A stretch of DNA of 64,000 nt, taken from NCBI RefSeq assembly GCF_009834535.1, contig NC_045696.1:16122001-16186000 (forward strand). The letters run 5' to 3'. Each line of letters opens with the position of its first letter. The stretch's first letter is position 1. The DNA comes from Camelus ferus. Its lineage: Eukaryota. Of the stretch, positions 28,852-42,339 are shown piece by piece. Below the pieces are notes generated by a model. It was given only the letters and a program-made list of their open reading frames with translations. It did not search any database and was not told the origin of the DNA. The position numbers were made by a program, and so were the translations under genes.

Positions 28852-30244
28852 TTTAAGATTTAATTTTTTTAATTTTTATACAATTTTTAAAAGTTGCTCT
28901 CCACTTACAGTTATTACAAAATATTGGCTGTCTTCCCCATGTTGTAAAACACATCCTGAGCCTATTTTACACCCAGTAGTTTGTGCCTCCCACTCCTGGA
29001 CCCCTGTAATGCCTCTCCCCACCAAACTGGTAACCACTAGTTTGTTCTTTATATCTGTAGGTCTGCTTCTTTTTTGTTATATTCACTAGATTGTTGTATT
29101 TTCCACATATAAGTGAGATCATACAGTATTTGTCTTTCTCCATCTGACTTACTTCACGTTCATCCATGTTGCTGCAAATGGCAAAATTTCATTCTTTTCT
29201 ATGGCTGAGTAATATTCCATTGTATATATATATATACCACATCTGCTTTATCCCTTCATCTGTTGAAGGACACTTAGGTTGTTTCCATATCTTGGCAATT
29301 GTAAATAATACTGCTGTGAACATTCAGGTGTATGTATCTTTTCATATTGGTGATCAAAACAGTATGATACCTGGCACAAAAACAGGCATATAGATCAATG
29401 GAAAAGAATAGGCAGCCCAGACATAAACCCACTCACTTAGGGTCAGTTAATCTACGACAAAGGAGACAAAAATACATGATGGAACAAAGATAGTCTCTTT
29501 AATAAGTGGTGCTGGGAAGACTGGACAGCTACCTGCAAAAGAATGAAACCAGAACATTCTCTAACACCATGTACAAAAATAAACTGAAAATGGATTAAAG
29601 ATCTAAATGTAAGACCAGATACAATGAAAATCCTAGAGGAACACATAGAATACTCTTTGATATAAATCACAGCAATGTTTTTTTTTTTTGGATCTATCTC
29701 CTAAAGTAAAGAAAATAAAAGCAAAAATAAACAGAAGGGACCTAATTAAACTTAAAAGCTTTTGCATAGCAAAGGGAACCATCAACAAAATGAAAAGCCA
29801 ACCTACTGAATGGGAGAAAATATTTGCAAATGATATGGACTGATAAGGGATTAATATCCAACATTTGTAAACATCTCGTACAACTCAACTTCAGAAAACG
29901 AACAACTTGATTAAAAAACAGACAGAAGAACGGAATAGACATTTTTCCAAAGAGGAGATGCAGATGACCTGTAGGCACATGAAACATACTCAACATTGCT
30001 AACCTTCTGGGAAATATAAATCAAAACCACAATGAGGTTTCAGCTCACACCTGTCAGAATGGTTAGCACCAAAAAGAACACAAATAACAAATGTTGTCGA
30101 GGATACGATAAAAAGGGAACCCTCGTACACTGTTGATGGGAATGTAAGTCGGTGCAGCCACTGTGGAAAACAGTATAGAGGTTTCTCAAAAAACCAAAAA
30201 GAAAGCTACCATATGACCCAGCAGTTCCACTCCTGGGTATGTAT
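28852..30244 (-). mobile_element. Lineage-specific L1 with 5' inversion (3' part 28852-29350 minus; inverted ORF2 part 29351-30244 plus)
   Basis: T-rich tail at left, L1 3' UTR antisense, then sense ORF2 (aaacaggcatatagatcaatgg...ccactcctgggtat). TSD CTCTCCAATGTCTTTT (28836-28851) / CTCCCCAATGTGTTTT (30245-30260). Confidence 0.92.
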
Positions 30245-30786
30245 CTCCCCAATGTGTTTTAATTAAACTGTCCAAATCTCCTGGATTATAAAATAGTAGG
30301 AGAAGAGGAAGAAAATACAGGTCCTTATGATTATAACAGGTTTCTGGCGGTGGTAACCCTTAACATAAATTCTTTGTTGAACCCAACATCGGGATATTGT
30401 TATCTTCAACGCAGAACCCCCTAGTTTTGAAGGGATTCACCATTGTTCACATCTAGGTGGCCCTTAAAATTATGTATTTATTTTTTTGTTTTTCCTTTTG
30501 GCCTCAAGACCCACTTAACAGCGTATTATGCACAAAAAGGTCTCTGTACTTGAGCTGTGTGGCCTATTAAATCCCTGGTGACAATAAATTGTCATGCTGG
30601 AACTTTATTTTGAAGTTAGTTATGTGTAAGTTGGCTTCTAGGAGCCCCGAAATAGGAGTACATGAGGTTTTTCCCTCTCAGTCTAAATTAATACCAAGAC
30701 CCTATCACAAAGAACTTAGCAAAATTTTAATAGCCCGGTGTTTGTTTCAGAAAAAAGTCAATCATATAGAAAATAATTTCCAAATG

Positions 30787-31337
30787 CAGTTGGCCCTCCA
30801 TTCCACGGATTCTGCCTCCAATGATTCAACTAACCACAAATCGAAAACATTCACATAAAGGTTTTATTTTTAAAGAAAGTTCCAAAATAAGAACAAAATT
30901 TTGAGTTTGCTGTGCACCAGCAACTATCTGCATAACATTTGCGTGTGTTTACAGCTATTTACATGGTATTAGGTATTATAAGAAATCTGGAGATGATTTA
31001 AAGAATACTAGAGGATGTGCGCAGGTTATGTGCAAATATAGTAGACCCTTGAACAACTTGGCAGGTGGGTGGTAGGGGCTAGGGGCACAGACCGTCTGTG
31101 CAGTTGAAAATCCCAGTATCTCTTTATACTCGGTTCCAACCAACCTTGGATCATGTAGTATGCATTTAATGAAAGAAACCCGCTTATTCGTGGACCCTTG
31201 CTGTTCAAATCCCTGATGTTCGAGGGTCAATCCAACAGTGTCATTTTACATAAGGGACTTGAGCATCCACAGATTTTGGTATCCTAGTGGGGGGGATGTC
31301 CTGGAGCTGATCCCTTGCAGATACTGAGGGGTGACTG
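30787..31337. mobile_element. MER2 (TcMar-Tigger) element with nested insertion
   Basis: Ends cagttggccctcc... and ...gatactgaggggtgactg|TA; internal taagggacttgagcatccacagattttggtatcc. Confidence 0.85.
31039..31233. mobile_element. Tigger2-derived MITE nested in MER2
   Basis: Inverted termini tagtagacccttgaacaac / gatgttcgagggtcaa; inserted after TA at 31037-31038. Confidence 0.8.
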
Positions 31338-31509
31338 TACTCAGAGCTATTTCTTTTGATTAGAGATAGAGGGTAAACAAAATCTTTCCCAAGTAAGAAC
31401 TAACTTCGGCTTCCTTTTTCACCTTCCATGTTTACATAGTAATATTTTCAATGTTTTCTGTGTTTATGTGTAAATGGAAAAGGGTGGAATTATTCCACTG
31501 AGCTGAAGC

Positions 31510-31512
<3 letters not shown>

Positions 31513-31554
<42 letters not shown>
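31513..31554. repeat. (TG)21 microsatellite
   Basis: Perfect dinucleotide run, counted directly. Confidence 0.98.
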
Positions 31555-31556
<2 letters not shown>

Positions 31557-33165
31557 CAGTCTTCATGATCTATTGATGCTAAATTTATTTTGAAATGATC
31601 CTAAAGGAACAGTATCTTTTCCTTCCTTCAAAACAGCCTCACTCATCTGAAAATGAAAGTTGTAGCAAATTTCCTGTATGGAGTAAAACATTAGAAGAAC
31701 AATCTTAATTAGTTAAAACTCCAGAATACACAGTATTTTAAAGAAATGAACTTATTACTACCAGATAAATATAGTAGCTCAAATGATTGATTTTGTATTC
31801 ACATTATTAGTGGTCGTATTTTCATCTACCATTTCTATTATTATTTTTGTATATATATTTGTTGTATACTATATATATTTATTTATACACATAAATTATT
31901 ATTTGTTTGTAACTGGCCAAAACAGTGTGAACACGTTATACATACCCTTGGTGTTGATGACAATATTGACTTAAAACACACACGCATTGCGTGAAGATAG
32001 GCATTTTTTTTTAAGATAGGCACATTTTTATCTCTTGTAAAATTGTACTGCTGATCATATTCAAGCAACTTTAAATGGGTATGATTTTACTTTCATTAGA
32101 TGTTTTGGTTATCTTTAATCAATAAGATTCCTGAAGGAAATAAAAACATTATACGTATAATATTTTATTGACCCCAACCTCTCTCCTTAATTTCTTAATT
32201 ATTTACGTAGTCTTTTATCGTAGTATTTAATAGCATCTTCATAAACGTTTTGAAGGTAGCTAAAGTGCAAATTATGAATGTTTATATGTTTTAAAATAAT
32301 CCTACCATAGTAGCTCCTTCAGCTGTACGTTTTATTAACCTCTACTTATGTGTCATCAGATTAAAAATAAGGACACACAGACCATCTATCTGGTTATGGT
32401 ATCTTTACACATTTGAAGATGCAACAGATGGATATTCATTGTTGTCATTAAGTCCTGTTTTGCCAGACACATTGTGCCACATAAATAGTCATAAAGGAAT
32501 TGAATATTGAGTGCATAATGGGCTGTAAATGCTTGTGTATTGACTGAATTGTTTTACTAATGTCTAATGTGTAATTCCGGAAAAGACTTGCCCATGGATA
32601 TTCCAAAGTATAGCATGGTGTTAGAAGTCACTTGAAAATATATTCATAGAAGAGTGCCATTATTATTGAGAGCAATAGTAATTCAAACTGTGTAAATGAG
32701 TCGCTATTGTAAGTATCTCCTCGTCACATATAATGAAGTTTTCTTTTGTATTTGAAACCATTGTTGACCATTGGTTGAATTTGGCCTTCCAAAGTGTTCT
32801 GCTTTCAACCTGTTGCCAGGCTGATGAGAAGAAGCTCTTACTGTGGCTATAGAAGTTGCAGTAGAGATTTGCTACCTCGTTTATGTCAGCTGTTCCAATA
32901 CCAGTAGTCATGAGATTAATGTTGTTAGGTACTAAAAATGTTAATACATGTTAGCTATCAACCTAGGAAAGAGATTGCCATCATGAAGGAAAGGGCAGTA
33001 TTGCATTCATGGTCATTTAATGATGGTAGAACTAATTTGCATTTAAAAAAAATGTGTGGAGACAGAAATCCAGTGGAAGAGATGTACTGAAGTTTAGGAA
33101 AGAAAGGACTTGCTAGTGAGTAAGATACTCTTTCTTCAGGCTTGTCTTTGAAGGTTTATGAAAAC

Positions 33166-33315
33166 TTTTTTTTGGTGGAGGAGGATACTTAGGTTTACTT
33201 ATTTTTTTAAATTTTTTAATTTATTTCTTAATCTTTTTAATGGAGGTACTGAGGATTGAACCCAGGACCAACTGCATGCTCAGCATGCGCTCTGCCACTG
33301 AGCTATTTCCCTCCC
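33166..33315 (-). mobile_element. tRNA-derived SINE (vic-1-like)
   Basis: ggaggtactgaggattgaacccaggacc..catgctcagcatgcgctctgccactgagctat; A and B boxes readable on the minus strand; degenerate TSD. Confidence 0.88.
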
Positions 33316-33786
33316 CTCTGGAAGGGTTAAAGTGTGCTTTGATCCTAACATATTTTTCTTAAGCCTGTTTCTTTACATCTAACATGGGAAAGATTGGAAT
33401 AACCTGTACATAGTATCTGCCTTCAGAACTGAGTTAAAGAATAGATATGGATGCATGTTGAACTATGTACAGCTGACTGGTTTATAATGCATCAGTCGAA
33501 TTGTAAGTGAGGGCCAGCCAGTGTGAGGGCTGATGTTTCCTTAATCAATTCACTTTGCCACCCTTGATCTCACACTGTCAAGTAAAAAAGTTCTCCTTAA
33601 AGTGTAATGACTGACCTCTCACCTCTGGTTTGATAATCATGGCTATTATAACGTGTTCCTTTTAAATTAGATCTTCAGAAAGTACTGTAGGCCTTGTAAT
33701 TATTATAATCAATAATAATAGATGATGACTTAAGCACTTTCTGTCCCAGATGATATTGAGAACATTATTAAAATAGGGGTTTTGGT

Positions 33787-33916
33787 GGGGAGAATATAGC
33801 TCAGTGGTAGAGCACGTGCTTAGCATGCACAAGGTCCAATTCAGGTATCTCCTGTTAAATAAACAAACAAACAAACAGACAAACAAACCTAATTACCTCC
33901 TCCCTTCAAAATAAAG
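33787..33916 (+). mobile_element. tRNA-derived SINE (vic-1-like) with damaged B box
   Basis: ggggagaatatagctcagtggtagagc (A box), (AAAC)n, acctaattacctcc, A-rich tail; TSD TAAAATAGG(GG)TTTTGGT on both sides. Confidence 0.88.
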
Positions 33917-34949
33917 TAAAATAGGTTTTGGTAGTAAGCAACCAATGATATTTAATGACTTTAAATACACAGGAATTCTTTTTATTTTTAAGGAAGCAAA
34001 AAATACTAGAAAATACGATTTCCTAGGATTGGACAATGACTGTAAAAATGTGAATTGATTTGGACTCTTTTGGATTTTAAATAGAAATTGAATAGGTGTT
34101 CAAATAGCAGTGAAGTCATTCTACTTTCAACTTCTATATATTTGAAGACCTTCAGTTTTATATTTAAATTGTGTCTCAGAAACAGTTTTAGAAGAATTAT
34201 GTTATCTTAAACTTTAACTACCAATAAGTGAAGGAAAATCTGTATCACAGTTTTAATCCTTTACCTCCTGGAACATGCTGTTCATGTGTGTCCATTTAAG
34301 TGTTTGTACATCCTTTGAGTGTTGGCTGGTTAGCCTCATGTAGTTCCTGGGAGAATTTTATAGTTGAAATTATTAGAAAACTGGAGCCAAGGAGTCGCAC
34401 ACATGTCGAAGTGGTAATGAGGCACTTTGGTTTATGAAAATGTTTATTCAACATTGCATTTAAAGTCATTTCACGATGGTAGAACCAGTCACCGAGGATC
34501 AGGAGCTGAGGCCACACTTTTATAGCATCTCGATGTACCTTAATCCACATAGAGTCCAGCCTCGAATGCAGCTCATTATTGGTGCTGAAGCACACTTGGC
34601 AACACTTGTGCAAAGGCCATTCTTACAAGATAGACTTTCCACTTCCTTCCATTTGGAAATGTTCTTTCCCAACACGCACATTGGTAAATTGACTCTGTAG
34701 TCCCATCACTGTCTCGAATGCCAGTAAAATATCTGTGACCTTTGGCCATGACTCCTACATAGGACTGAGTATGTTTTTGTTCCGTCATTGGTATTAGTTA
34801 ACAGAGTAGGACTCTTCCTCATCTGCCTTACCAAGGTGCTGTACAGACAGGCCCAGGTGGCCTCTGGGTTCAGGATTCTAAATATACACAGGGTAGAAAT
34901 TTCCATATAAAGCACCTTAGTGTTAATAAGCCCTTAGAACTGATTATCT

Positions 34950-35345
34950 TTTTTTTCCCTTTTTTAAAATGAAACATAGTCAGTTCACAGTGTTGGGTCA
35001 ATTTCTGGTGTACAGCGTAATGTATCAGTCATACATACACATACACATCTTTGTTTTCATATTCTGTTTCATTATAGATTACTACAAGACATTGACTGTA
35101 GTTCCCTGTGCTAAACAGTAGAGACTTGCTGTTTATTTTAGATATAGTAGTTAGTATCTGCAAGTCTCAAACCCCAGTTTATCCCTTCCCACTCCCTTTC
35201 CCCTACCCGGTGACCTTAAGTTTGTTTTCTATGTCTGTGAGTCTCTTTCTGTTTTGTAAATAAGTTCATTTGTGTAGTTTTTTCAGATTCCTCATACGAG
35301 TGATGTCATATGGTATGCTTTCTCTTTCTGGCTTACTTTACTTAA
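34950..35345 (-). mobile_element. 5'-truncated lineage-specific L1 3' end
   Basis: tagttccctgtgcta, tttatcccttcccac, gtctgtgagtct motifs; TSD-like aactgattatcttt / aaccagttatcttt. Confidence 0.88.
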
Positions 35346-35634
35346 TAACCAGTTATCTTTGCTATTTCTCAGAAACCCTTTCTCGTACATAATTTGTCTG
35401 TCATTGTCATTTCCAATCTGTTTTTCCTATACCTCCTTTGCACAAAGCTTTGGAGGGTTTTTATTCTTTTGTTTTCAACCATCCTGCCATCACTGTTTTT
35501 GTTGTTGTTTCTTAAATATTGTTCTTTAGTTTCCTGACTATGGTTATTTCTTGTGGCTTATTAGAGTATTTCCCTTATTGGCCCTTTGTCCCTGGTTGCT
35601 GTGATCGATGCCCTTGACTTTAAATACCAGTTGT

Positions 35635-36102
35635 TTTCTGTTTTGTAGATGAGTTCATTAGTGTCCTCTTTCTTTTTTTGTGTTTAGATTCCACATATGT
35701 GTGATATCACATGGTATTTTTCTTTCTCTTTCTGGTTTATTTCACTTAGAATGGCAATCTCCAGGTCCATCCATGTTGCTGCAAATGGCATTATTTTATT
35801 CTTTTTTATCACTGCATAGTATTGCATTGTGTAAATATACCACAACTTCTTGATCCAGTCATCTGTCGATGGACATTTTGGTTGCTTCCATGGCTTGCAG
35901 ACATAGTAAACAATCTTATGGTTACCAGGGGAAAGGGGGGGGGGGGTGGGAAGGGATAAACTTGGGAGTTTGAGATTTGTAAACCACTATATGTAAAAAA
36001 TAGATTTAAAAAAACAAATTTCTCTGTATAGCACAGTGAACTATATTCACTGTTTTGTAATAACTTTTAATGAAAAGGAATATGAAAGCAAAAAACAAAA
36101 AA
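35635..36102 (+). mobile_element. Lineage-specific L1 with 5' inversion (inverted 35635-35897; sense 35898-36102)
   Basis: Antisense L1 joined to sense cagacatagtaaacaatcttatggttaccagggg..., A-rich tail; TSD core CAGTTGT at 35628-35634 and 36103-36109. Confidence 0.88.
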
Positions 36103-36134
36103 CAGTTGTAAGTCCAGTAGGTCATGGTTTATTT

Positions 36135-37140
36135 CTCCAGCTCAAACTCTACTTGGATATTTCATAGACATTTGAATTCTATCATGTCCAAAAGAGAGTT
36201 CTTAATTCCCACCCTCCCTCACCCACCATGGTTCTCTCAGAGCTGTTCTAAGTCAGTAATGGCTCCTAGGAATTAAAGCTAAGAACCTGGGCTCCTGTTT
36301 TCCCTTGCACAAATCCTTTCAGTTCTGGATTCATGCACTTCTTTCCATTTTTTCCAGTATAATCCTAGTCTAAACTACCATTATTTCTTGTTGGAGTCAC
36401 TGTACTAACTTCTGCTCCCACTGTCTCTTCCCTGTGGACCCGCCCTTTCCACACACACATACACCTTGAGCCATTCTCTGTACAGCAGCCAGGATGTGGA
36501 GTGTGCAGAGGGTACATGAAGCCGATCATGGAACTCCCCAGATGAAGGCGTGAGAGTGGCTTTCCGAGTACACTTCAAAAACACAAATACACACAGAAGC
36601 TATAATGAGGCCTTTTGTGGCGATGCTGAGTTTGATGTTAATGGGTCACAGTTACTGAACATGTTCTTTGTGCCAGACCCTGGTCCACATTCTTCCTAGT
36701 ATTAAGCTGTTTCACCCGGCTTCTCTCTAGCTCTTCAACAGCACCCCATACCTCCCTCCCCACTGCTGACTCTGCGTCACACGACTCAGCACGGTAGGCT
36801 TCCCTCACCCCAAGACTGCTGAGTCTCTCTCTGTAATGGTTTTTTCCCCACTTGTCTGGGTTTCTCTTCACCTTCAGCCTCAGCTTCTCGAAATGAGTTC
36901 CCCAGATCAATCTTTTCAAAACACCCCCCTCCCAATAGTCTCAACCTTAGCAGCTTACTTATTTGGCCTTGACACTAAGTGCACCTTTTCTATTTTATTT
37001 TCTTATGCTCTTTCTCTCCCCTGGTGGAGTGTAAGCTCCCTAAGAGCAAGGACCTTATCTGTTTCTCTTTTAGAGCCTCAGAGCTAGCGGAAAGCCTGGT
37101 CCACGGTCTGTAAGCACCAACGCATTTGACTGAATGGCTT
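36135..37140 (+). mobile_element. L2 LINE fragments
   Basis: tacttggatatttcatagacatttgaa..catgtccaaa; gtaagctccctaagagcaaggacc..; tail tttgactgaatg. Confidence 0.7.
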
Positions 37141-39164
37141 GTTTTACGCTGTAGTTTTAAACGTAGTGGAATGTCCTGATCAGGCCCTTTAATCAGAACT
37201 CGAGACCGTCCTCGCAGGGAATTCTTCACATCGATCTCTGTGTTGGGAAGCAGCATGAATTGTGTGTGTAGAGCATGAGGGGAGCAGGGAGGAAGGGCCT
37301 AATTAGACTGCAGAAGGCTAGATTCTGTTTCTAGTTACATAAAGTATCGTAACAGGACATCAGCAATGTGGAAAGTGAGCGGCCATCTGGGGTCCTTCAA
37401 GAATGGTAGCTCTTCAATTTTAAAAATCAGAAACAAAAACGTGCAGTGCCGTTTACGTAATGGAAGTGGAAGAACAGTGCCTCCCAGATTTGTGCATTTG
37501 TGTCCCAGGTTTCTCATGCTGCATTTGCAGCTGCCCACTGGAGGCCTCTGCGTCAGGTCCTTACAGCGTCTGAAATCCGTCATGGTCAGAGCTGGGCCCA
37601 GTCCATTCCATCCGTGGCCATCCATTCTTCCCGCCGTATCCTCTGTTACCATGAGTGACTCTTCTCCAGCCAGGTTCTCCCTCTTGGGGCATCGGCCTTC
37701 CCCCTCTCACTAACCCCCTCCATCCAGATGGTCATCGGCTCTGTCATGTTGTTTTCTCGAAGCTCTGATTTCCTGTCTCCTCGACTGGACTCCTCGAGAG
37801 CCTTCTCTCCCTCCCACATGTCACACTCCCCATCCCGATCTGTCCTTCATCCTCTGCCAGCTTATACCTGTGGAAATGCAGCAAATCTTGCCACTCTTCT
37901 GTTAAAGCCTTTCTGCCGGGCTCTGCACTACTGGTAGGTGAGGGCAAACTTGTTAGCCTTTAAAGCGAAGTCCTTCATAATATACCCGGAGTCTGCGTTC
38001 TGCTCACTTCCTGGTGTCCAGTCTCAGCCTCCAGCCTCCCTGAGCTGCTCGCTGCGGATGCTGTGTCAGAGCTGCCCCTCCCTCTCTCTGCGGCGCCCTT
38101 TGCATCATCTTCTCTGCGACTGTTTTTTCACTCATCAGTTCCCAGTTCGCCTGTTACCTCCTCGTCCTGTCCTTCCCAGGTCCTCTTAACGGCTAATCTG
38201 CTGCAGTTGATGTGCACAACTCTTAGAACGCCCCTTTATGCATGTCTCCGTGTCTGTCCCTGCAGGACTCTGAGCCTGCGGTCAGTGATTGGAACTCCAC
38301 GAGGCATAGGACCCGAATAAGTAATAGGTCTTTTTAGATTTTTTTTTTCTGAAATAATAAACCCCAAAGAAAACACTGTATATGAAAAACAATACTTTCA
38401 TTTAGACTATTTTCAAAACCTAGCAACATTAAAAAGGGAAAAAACATTTATATTATAAATAAAAATTATGCCATAGTCTTAATAACAGCAAATAGGTACA
38501 GTGTTTGGCTCCCACCATGTGCTTGACATACGTGAACTGCTCACAGCATCTCCTGCGGTGGGGAGTGGTGTCATCCCACATTAAATGAAGGAGCTAAGTC
38601 ACAGCAGAGTAAGTCACTTGCTCACGGTCACACCAGAGCTGATGGGTGGCTTCCGAAAATAATTATTACCCGGTACCTCCTCTCAACTACCCAGAGAACA
38701 AGAACATTCAATTGACCGCAGTATAGTGCAGCATAATTTTTCCTTGAGAAAAGGAGAAGGATTCACAAAAGCAGGTGTTCTTAGCAGTTCTACCTAAGAA
38801 GGAATGTGCCTCCACATTCATTCCCTTGCCCTGTGCCTCCTGCATCTGTCGTGTTGAACAAGGAGTGTCGATACTCGGCATTTTGACTCTACACAGTTCT
38901 TAGATGTCAGCTACAGGTGCTTTGTAAAGATACACTTACCTACCGAGGCAAGGACATGGCCTTGTTTGTTGGAGGAGGAAGAAAGTAGGCTCACTAATGG
39001 AACATGAACTGAAAGTTCCATCTCTTCAAAACGTGCTTTTCCTAAATATTCTGGCTGATCCACCGCTTTCTTGACAGTAACAGGCTACCCTTGTCTTCAC
39101 CTTTTGTCTTTACCTCCACTGCACAATTTCAAATACTTATTTCAATAAATAGGTGCTAGGGCGG

Positions 39165-39622
39165 TCATGTAGGACGTGGTAAAGGTCATTAACACTGCTG
39201 TATGTTAATGTGAAAGTTGTTAAGAGAGTAAATCGAAGAGTTCTCATCACAAGGAAATATGTGGTTTTTTCCTATTTCTTTAATTTTGTATGCATATGAA
39301 ATGATGGATGTTTGCTACACTTATTGTGGTAATCATTCCAGAAGTAAAATATATTATGGTTACCAAAGGGGAAAAAGAGGGGGGATGGATAAATTAGGGG
39401 TTTGGAACTAACAGGTACAAACTACTATATATAAAATAGATATACAACGAGGTCCTACTGTATAGCACAAAGAACTGTATTTCAGTATCTTGTAATAATC
39501 TATAATGAAAAAGAAAATATATGTGTGTGGACGTGAATCACTGTGCTGTGCACCAGAAACTAGCACAGCATTGTAAATCAACTGTACTTCAATAAAAAAT
39601 AAATAAGTAAAATAAAATAAAG
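39165..39622 (+). mobile_element. Two adjoining L1 3'-end fragments (older 39165-39340; younger 39340-39622 with A-rich tail)
   Basis: gaaagttgttaagagagtaaat..gttctcatcacaag; then tatggttaccaaagggg..actgtatagcaca..aatcaactgtacttcaataaaaaa. Confidence 0.82.
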
Positions 39623-39727
39623 TACTCATTTTAAGCCCTCAGAACAAAAAGACAAGGGAGCCTTGTGGCTTGCTTTCCCTTAGGGATAAATGGTACTCCG
39701 TACCACCTGAGGATGGGTGTAGGTGTG

Positions 39728-40201
39728 CGGGCGGACCTCGGAGACAGTCGTGGGTTCCGTTCCAGACCACTACATAAAGCAAGTATTACAAAAAAACCGA
39801 GTCACACAAATTTTTTGATCTCCCAGGGCATATAACTTAAAAGTTACGTGTATACTATACTGTAGTCTGTTTAAAGTAGGCAGTAGCATTTTGTTGAAAA
39901 AGACAGTATGCTTACCTTAGTTAACAAGTGCTTTATTGCTAAAAAAAAAAAAAAAAAGCTGCCATTTGAGCCTTCAATGAGTTGTAATCTTTTTGCAGTA
40001 GTTAACATCAGAGAGCACTAATCGCAGATCACCATAACAAATATAATAATAATGAAAAAGTTTGAAATACTGTGAGAATTACCCAGATGTGATTCAGAGA
40101 CACAAGCTGAGCTAATGCTGTTGGAAAAACGCTATTGGCGCAGACAGACTTGCTGCCGCAAACCTGCAATTTGTGAAAAGCGCAGGTACGAGATATGCCT
40201 G
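39728..40201. mobile_element. Tigger1-derived internal-deletion element (MITE)
   Basis: Termini cgggcggacctcggaga..gggttccgttccagaccac and cgagatatgcctg|TA match Tigger1 TIR caggcatacctcg. Confidence 0.85.
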
Positions 40202-40599
40202 TATCTGTTTCTTCCTGGGGATGCACCCCACCCTCGCCCCGAGAATCTGGGACAGGACGAGGGCTCCAGGCGGGTTCTGCATGTGCCGGAAGGAGGAGCA
40301 GAGGTGCTTGTTGTTGCTTCCCAAGTAGAATGGCTGATTTTTTCACAGGAGACATGAGGTGGGGACCACCGAAGCAGGGAGCTTCTCTCCATTCTAAGGA
40401 GCAGGTACTTCACAAGGTGTCCCCAAAAGAATGGTCAGGCTGGTGTCTTGCTCTGTGGCCATCTCGTGCGCAAACCACCTACAGCTTTGCGTTAGTCCCT
40501 AGGTGTACAGATGCAGTGGAAAAGGATGCTAGTTACGTAGCCTCAGCTGAAAGGGCGCCTGTTTAGGGCGTGTTCTCTTAATCCTCTCTTTAAAACTCT

Positions 40600-40860
40600 A
40601 TAACAGTCCTTGAAGAACCGACTCCAGGGTACCTTACCTAGCCTTCTGCTTTCAGCTTCTCCATAGTCATTGTCACCTGTCACCTGTCAGCTGTATATAT
40701 GATGGTATAATATCTGCTTTGGTTTCTTTTATCTTCACCTCTGCCACCAGTAGAATATAAGTACCAGGAGGGAATTTTGTCTTTTTTATTCTCAGCAATA
40801 ACTTTAGTGTCTGGAACAGACCCTCTAAAGCCTAGAACCCACTCAAACATGTTAAATGGC
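40600..40860 (+). mobile_element. L2 3' end
   Basis: ccagtagaatataagtacc..gtgtctggaacag..cactcaaacatgttaaatg. Confidence 0.65.
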
Positions 40861-42339
40861 CGAAGATCATATATTTCATGATCATTCTCCACCCCAAATG
40901 TACACAGATCACCTATACTTTCCAGCAACCAAGTCTTTGGACACGAGGAATCAGCTCATTCAAAGTTTCCTGGCATAGGGTCTGAGTAACCAAGATTTTA
41001 TTTCGCATATCAAGATTTTAAAATGACTCAAAGTTTTTATCACCTTCGGTGCTTCTCTTTAATCCTAGTTGGTTCATGAAGCTGTCAGGAAAACAACCTG
41101 CTTTTGATTATATATGACTTTTCTTGCCTCCTAGATAGTCTTTAAAAAAGCAATTTAGCTTCTTACTGTAACTACATTCCAAGCTTGATGTTTCTGTGCT
41201 CTTGCTAGAGTATCATTTTCCCTCTTTGAATTTTCATGATTTTAAGTTCAGATACATTGGAACTAATGGTATTTCAATTAAAAAATAAAATAAATTTAAA
41301 AATAAGTAAAGTTCAGATAGTAAGTATACTAAATACTTTGGTCTGCATCTCAAAAATCCAAGAACATTTTCTACAGAGCCCAAATTGACACCATCTCACC
41401 CACGAAATTAACGATACTTTCAAAATATCGTCAGGATAGTTAGATTTTCCCAAAGCCTGAGACATGGGCTTCCCTGCTCACTTTCCACACCAGATCCCGT
41501 GCAGGACCTGGACTAACATCTTATATCCTAAATTCTTCTGTTTCAGAACAGTCCTTTTTGCATCATGACACTGATACACTTAAGTTTCCTAGAACCTGCC
41601 CATCCTTGGATTCATCTTATGTCCTAGAGATGTTATTTAGATTGTTTATTCCTGGAATATTCTTCTTACTATGAGTATGTACTGAGAAGGCCGAGAAAAG
41701 AGAAATTCTTTTTCAAATGTTCTAAACCAGTGTTGCTGCTTACACTAAACCTTGCTTTAATGCTTCTCTTATCTCTTTCCTTTTCTTATTTTTTTAGACA
41801 TTCACTGAATTAAACAGGGCAGCATTTAAAAGCTGATATGAAGAAAAGTTGATTTTATGCTAAGTCATCACTTTTATCATCTTCCTTAACTTTTCTTTCA
41901 TGCCTAGCATCTTCCAATGAATACCATTAGTTTTATTCTTGGAATTGGCAGGAATCTTAGTGGCCAATACACACATGAATTTCACACTGGATTCTGCAGT
42001 CTTCTGTTCATATAAGGGTGCCATGTAGTAATAGAATTCTGAAAACATAATCTGTAACATAGGTTTGTGGAGTTTTCTTGGGTTTTGTTTTTTGTTTTTT
42101 TACTTTAATGATTAAGTCCTTTTGTATTCCCTCTCTTAAGATCTTTCCTAGGACTGCCTGACATCTGACTCTTTTATGTTTTCTAATAAGGAAAATCAAG
42201 CTGTGCATGTAATTGTCACAGATTCTGAGTGTTCTGGAGGAATATCTCCGTGGGATTCAGTCATGAGGCCATTCATTCTCTTACACACCTGAGTCACATG
42301 CTGTGCCGAGCACTGTGCATGTGGTCTTGGTTTTATTTC

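Noticed and set aside
33787..33850. Possible tRNA gene (TAGCTCAGTGGTAGAGC)
   Set aside because: B box/T-arm damaged; has an A-rich tail and TSD, so it is a SINE. The same applies to the other three copies.
40029..40566. Cluster of five overlapping ORFs
   Set aside because: Overlaps the Tigger1-derived element end and a locally GC-richer patch; no coherent protein or exon structure.
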